A stretch of 56,805 nt of DNA, counting the filler, from Sphacelaria rigidula (lineage: Eukaryota), in assembly GCA_964200075.2 (NCBI GenBank). It is 7 parts of 7 records of this genome, joined end to end, with 100 filler letters (N's around TTAATTAATTAA, not from the genome) between each part and the next. Parts side by side here need not be neighbours in the genome. Positions count along the whole stretch, not along the records: positions 48,778 to 56,805 come from CAXNAA020012582.1; 6 more parts are not named here. The stretch is one strand, 5' to 3'. Under the pieces are notes generated by a model that was given only the letters and a program-made list of their open reading frames with translations, searched no databases and was not told the origin of the DNA. The translations under genes were made by a program, and so were the position numbers. Positions 52,448-56,805 of the stretch are shown here, piece by piece; positions within the stretch are counted from its first letter, which is position 1; each line of letters opens with the position of its first letter.

Positions 52448-53776
52448 CCCCACCGCCCTCCCTTGCCCTGCTACTTGTGCTTGTATACCCGATGATATGT
52501 ACATGCGGATCTTCTTGAAATCAAAATCTTTGTATCCACGCCGTTTCTCCGAAGTACGGTTGCATTCCTTCATCCACTGGTAGCAATTGACAACACGACT
52601 ACACGCCACTTTTTTTTCACCCGGGACCCCAAAATTCGGTAGTCAGAACCCAAATTTGTATGGTTGCATTTTATCACCTACTGGTAGCTATACTGCACGC
52701 CATCGTTTTTCACCCGGGACCCCAAAAGTTCGGCTATCAGAATCCAAATTTGTATGTTTGCGTTTCTTCACCTATTGGTAGCAACTGACAGCTACTACGC
52801 ACCATAAAAATTTGGATTCTCCGAAAACGGAATTTTTGGGGTGGATGTCCTGCTTTTTGTACATGCATCAAGTATACACCGATTGAGGGAGGGTTTTCCA
52901 ACACGGGGTTTTACAAAATTGCGGATGGATTTCGGGTTTGAGAAAGAGCGAGGCCACACATCATGGCCGGAGAATGCCTTTATGTTGTTTTTCGATGATA
53001 TTTCGATGCCCTACATGGAGGTTCCCGAGGCTTGTCATCACAGCAAAATCCATCCCCAATTTCTACTCAATCCCGTGCTTATTCCGAATAACCTTGACTT
53101 CTGTTTATTCCCGTGCAACAAACGTCTTTCCTATCCTGCTGAATCCTCTGTTCGGACGGTACTTTGCAAGTTGCTGATGGGATTTTGTTTTGAGGATGAG
53201 CGAGGCCACACATCACAGCCAGAGAGGGCATTTGCATTGTTTTTCGAAAATATTTCGATGCCTGTATCTGAATGGCCCCCATGCTTACCCTAATAAAATA
53301 AGAAAAAAAACAATCCTCATCTTTTGTAAAATGCTGTGATTTCCCCCCCCCCTCGAATCCCGTCTCTCCAGATTCATGGTTAAACATGTTTTGTTTCGGG
53401 CTAACCCTGAGGCTGAACCTAACGGCAAAACCCAACTCGCCACCCAAGGCAGGCTGAGAACTCTCGGGCAAGACGGATACGCACGGTGTCCTTATTTCAT
53501 CCCTTTCTTCCTTCCTTTTTTTGGCAAAGTGCTGCACATCCTACTGCACATCCCGAACAAAAGATTACACTGTCAAAAAAATGTATTGCGTACAGTACCG
53601 ACCATTGCGTGTATTGTGTATTGCGATAGACAATAGACTCCAGACTGTACACATTTTCACGAGGTGATCTGTTGTCCATGGTATGAAGTGCTGAGGTGGC
53701 GGAGCTCAGATCGGCGTCTGCGGCGCTGATCCCAATTCCGATTCCGATTCCGATCGAAGCCGAAAAGTGTGCTGAG

Positions 53777-54114
53777 CACGCTGGGCGAGCCCTCGGGACT
53801 AGGGACTCTGTAGAGAACCGTGACTGTTGTCGGTCGAACCCACCCATTTTCAGGACTCGAACCCACTCATTATCGGGACTCGAACCCAGACGTTGTTGGG
53901 ACTCGAACTCGCCTATTGTCGGAACTGGAACCCGCGCATTTTTCGGGACTTGAACCCACTCATTATCGGGACTCAAACTCAGCCGTTGTCGGGACTCGAA
54001 CTCGCCTATTGTCGGAACTCGAACCCGCGTATTTTTCGGGACTCGAACCCGTCCGTTGTCGGGACTCGAACGCACCCATTGTCGGAACTCGAACCCACCC
54101 GTTCGCCCAGACTG
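53777..54114. mobile_element. MITE-like element with short TIR and ~14 internal ggactcgaac repeats (~22-bp period)
   Basis: CACGCTGGGCGAGC ... GTTCGCCCAGACTG; TSD not clear. Confidence 0.65.
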
Positions 54115-54370
54115 GCCGACTGGTGTTTTCACCACCGCCGGAAGAAAGTGGCACTGCAACTCTGGAATGTGCACGCGGTTTTTTCGTCGTGTGTCAATGA
54201 ATACTGCCTGTCTCTCCCGCCCCTTTTCGTGAGGCGCTGCACTTATACTCACCTTTTGCTTGACCGTTTTCATGGACGCGGATGTCTGTTCTAATCGCGT
54301 TTTCTCTTGTGTGCTTTTATTGTCGTCTTTCTCTCTCCCCCCCCCCCCCACTCCATTTTTGCTTGTACAG

Positions 54371-54511
54371 TTGTTGGCTAAAGAGCCGACGACGAAGGAC
54401 CCAAAGGCTGTCATAGAGAAGAACAATGCTGTACGATCTAACTTGCGGGCGCTGGAGGAGAACTGGAAGGAGTTGGACGGGGCGTATCAGGCAGAGAAGA
54501 ATAAGCGTAGG
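54371..54511 (+). CDS. SYP7-type Qc-SNARE, exon
   Basis: tgtacag|LLAKEPTTKDPKAVIEKNNAVRSNLRALEENWKELDGAYQAEKNKRR|GTGAGT, phase 0/0. Confidence 0.82.
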
Positions 54512-54579
54512 GTGAGTTGTTGGTTTCAATGAGTTACGGCTGTAGATCACGTGCACGTTGCACCCCGCCCCCTGGTGAA

Positions 54580-55150
54580 TGTACCCGTGGCTGTCTCTGG
54601 AAGTGGCGAGACCAGATGATGAAGCAACTCATTGAAGGCTGTCACATCCAAATGCAAGATAATCAGTACGCTTCAGGCCGGACAATCTTAGCAGGGTGCA
54701 GATCACCCATCATGCGACTCGCCGAACACATCACGGCGCTTCGCGCTTTTCGATTGAGTGCGAGCTTGGTCCAGCGAAAACCCGGTGTGCTCCGTCCCTG
54801 CGTTGTAGGGGTGTGAGGTCAATGGTCAGATGAGTACGGCATGCAACGTCAGGAGGAACGGGACGTGCTAGAGGGGGAAATGCGGGACGTGAACGAAGAT
54901 GGCGTGAAATCGTTTGATGCATTAGACAGTAGGGATAAATCGATGGGTATACTAGGAGATAGATGGTGGCCACAGACGGCGAAGCAGGGCGTGGATGAAA
55001 CATGTAAAATGTTTTTGTGTAGTGCACGGAAGAAACGCAATGAGCACTTACATGTTGAGGGTGTCTCTATTAGGAGTCGGAACGGTGCTCCGTCTCGAAA
55101 GGGAGGCGTGGTCAATGGTCGAACGACTAAGGCAAGCAACCCATGAGTAC
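54580..55150 (+). mobile_element. Family B copy followed by a family A copy, both ending ATGAGTAC
   Basis: 54580-54837 matches 55570-55840 and 41980-42060; 54915-55150 matches 52213-52447. Confidence 0.7.
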
Positions 55151-55479
55151 CCCCTCCCCCCCCCCTCCATCAACCTTGCGGAGGTTGAGGAAGAAACACG
55201 TTCTCTCCGACAAGGGGGAGAACATATTTCTTAACCATGTCAGGTATCACATCAATTCAAGACTGATCGCAGGTTTCTCCGGAAATCTAGCTTCAGGAGT
55301 TGGTTTTCAGCATTACTTCACGAGAAGCCGAAAAAAATAAAAAAATAAAAAAATAAAAATAAAAATAAAATTTGCAACTTTTCGCACAAGTGAAAAAATA
55401 TGAAGAAAAATACCCCGTTTCCGAGACCCCTTACATATTTTGCGCCCCAACCCTCTTCCCCTAGGTAGATATTGTTGCG

Positions 55480-55840
55480 CGGTGTGGGAGAACCTCATCT
55501 CCGCACAAGGGGGATAATGGTACTACGTCGTGTTTAAATGGTGAGCCACCCATGAGGCAGTGCATAAGCCATGGCTGTCTCTGGAAGTGGCGATACCAGA
55601 AAATGAAGCGATTCATTGTAGGCTGTCGTCCATATGCAAGATAATCAGTAGGCTTCGAGCCGAACAATCTTGGCATGATGCAGCTTACCTTTCATGCGAC
55701 TCGCCGAACACAACACGGCGCTTCGCGCTTGACGATTGAATGCCAGCCTGGTCCGGCGAAAACCCGGCGTGCTCCGTCTCGGCTTTGGAGGGATGCGAGG
55801 TCAATCGTCTTGATGCTATGGCATGCATGATCATGAGTAC
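55480..55840 (+). mobile_element. ATGAGTAC-ended family B copy
   Basis: Ends gcatgcatgatcatgagtacacccc; related ends at 16102(-), 56185(-), 56513(-). Confidence 0.7.
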
Positions 55841-55887
55841 ACCCCTCACCGACCCACCCACCCACCCCCGGTGCGTCACCCTTACAG

Positions 55888-56059
55888 AGCAAAATTACCC
55901 GTGAAGAGCTAGAAGAGCGACGACAGTTGCTGGTGGATTTGAGGCACGAGATAGGAGAGCTAAAGAGCATTCACCAAGCCGGTGTCGTAGGTTCGAAGGG
56001 AGGGGGTACTAGAGGAGGATACGGGACGGCTATGCCGGCGTCGGAGTTCTTCAAGCAGG
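55888..56059 (+). CDS. SYP7-type Qc-SNARE, exon
   Basis: cttacag|SKITREELEERRQLLVDLRHEIGELKSIHQAG...FFKQG|GTGAGA; resembles recalled SYP71 GLTxEELxARNDLVLAL. Confidence 0.8.
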
Positions 56060-56751
56060 GTGAGAGCTGGCATGGGGTTGGGGTTTGATTTGGGTATGGG
56101 CACGATCATCAATTGTTTCGTCTGTGTCGGAAGCTGGAGCGTCAGATGAATGTTTTGCTGGGTGGTGGGGGTGGTGGGGGGGTGTAGTCATGATCATGCA
56201 TGCCACAGTCATACCATTGACCGCGCATCCCTACGGGGTACTCATTTGTTGCTCGCCTTGGTCATTGGACCATCGACTACGCATCCTCTTCGAGACGGAG
56301 CGCCGTTCCTGTCCCTAGTGGAGACACGTCCAACATTTGGGCGCCCATCCCGTTTTTTCCCGCATATCACGGAAGGGACCTTTTTACATGCCTTGTCCCC
56401 TTCCCTTTTCGCCGTCTGTGGCCACCATCTATCTCCTAGTACAGCGATCGTTCTTTTCGCTATTTTCTAGTCTATCGTTTTGTTTTCAAGTTACAATGAG
56501 AGGGGGGGGGAGGTACTCATGAGCATGCATGCCATGGTCGTAAGACCATTGGCCACATCCCTACAAAACCGGGACGAAGCATGCCGGGTTTTCGCCGGGG
56601 TGTGTGTGTTGTGTCTTATGACCATGGATGCCATAGTCATAAGACCATTGACCACATATCCCTACAAAGCCGGGACGGAGCATGCCGGGTTTTCGCGGGT
56701 GTGTACGTGTGTGTTGTGGGGGGGGGGGGGGGGGGGAAGAAATGAAAAAAG

Positions 56752-56785
<34 letters not shown>

Positions 56786-56805
56786 AAAAAAGAAAGAGAA
56801 AAGAA

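Noticed and set aside
52841-53293. 150-aa ORF with an internal repeat
   Set aside because: The same DNA module occurs in both orientations at 35200-35495 without frame conservation, and it lies in an intron
53840-54100. tRNA cluster suggested by B-box-like GGGTTCGAGTCC on the minus strand
   Set aside because: The period is ~22 bp, with no A-boxes or cloverleaf
53497-54426. 309-aa minus-strand ORF
   Set aside because: Open only because of the ggactcgaac array; it is antisense to the SNARE intron and exon

Overview
Eukaryotic genomic DNA, most likely a brown alga (Phaeophyceae). This is inferred from the roughly 50% GC, short GT-AG exons in long repeat-filled introns, and a heterokont-type bipartite plastid-targeting peptide. 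The window is not one locus. It is seven contigs of nearly equal, decreasing length (8030, 8030, 8030, 8030, 8029, 8028, 8028 bp) joined by artificial 100-nt N44-TTAATTAATTAA-N44 linkers, so nothing can be inferred across linkers. Host gene fragments: a USP9X/USP24-like deubiquitinase region with a very large low-complexity exon and a probable GC donor, three exons of a SYP7-type Qc-SNARE, a plastid-targeted protein first exon, and several unassigned exons. Most of the rest is transposon-derived: a Ty3/gypsy RT relic, hAT relics, two tRNA-derived SINE families, and many MITEs with readable TIRs and TSDs (piggyBac, PIF/Harbinger, 4-bp TSD, and a CAC...GTG 8-bp-TSD class). The most unusual signals are (1) two repeat families with a fixed ...ATGAGTAC end and a variably truncated other end, repeatedly found at poly-C/poly-G tracts, (2) a GC-rich coding-like cassette flanked by 279-bp inward-facing inverted repeats, and (3) a 909-bp nested palindrome. 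All family assignments are from motif recall, not database searches.
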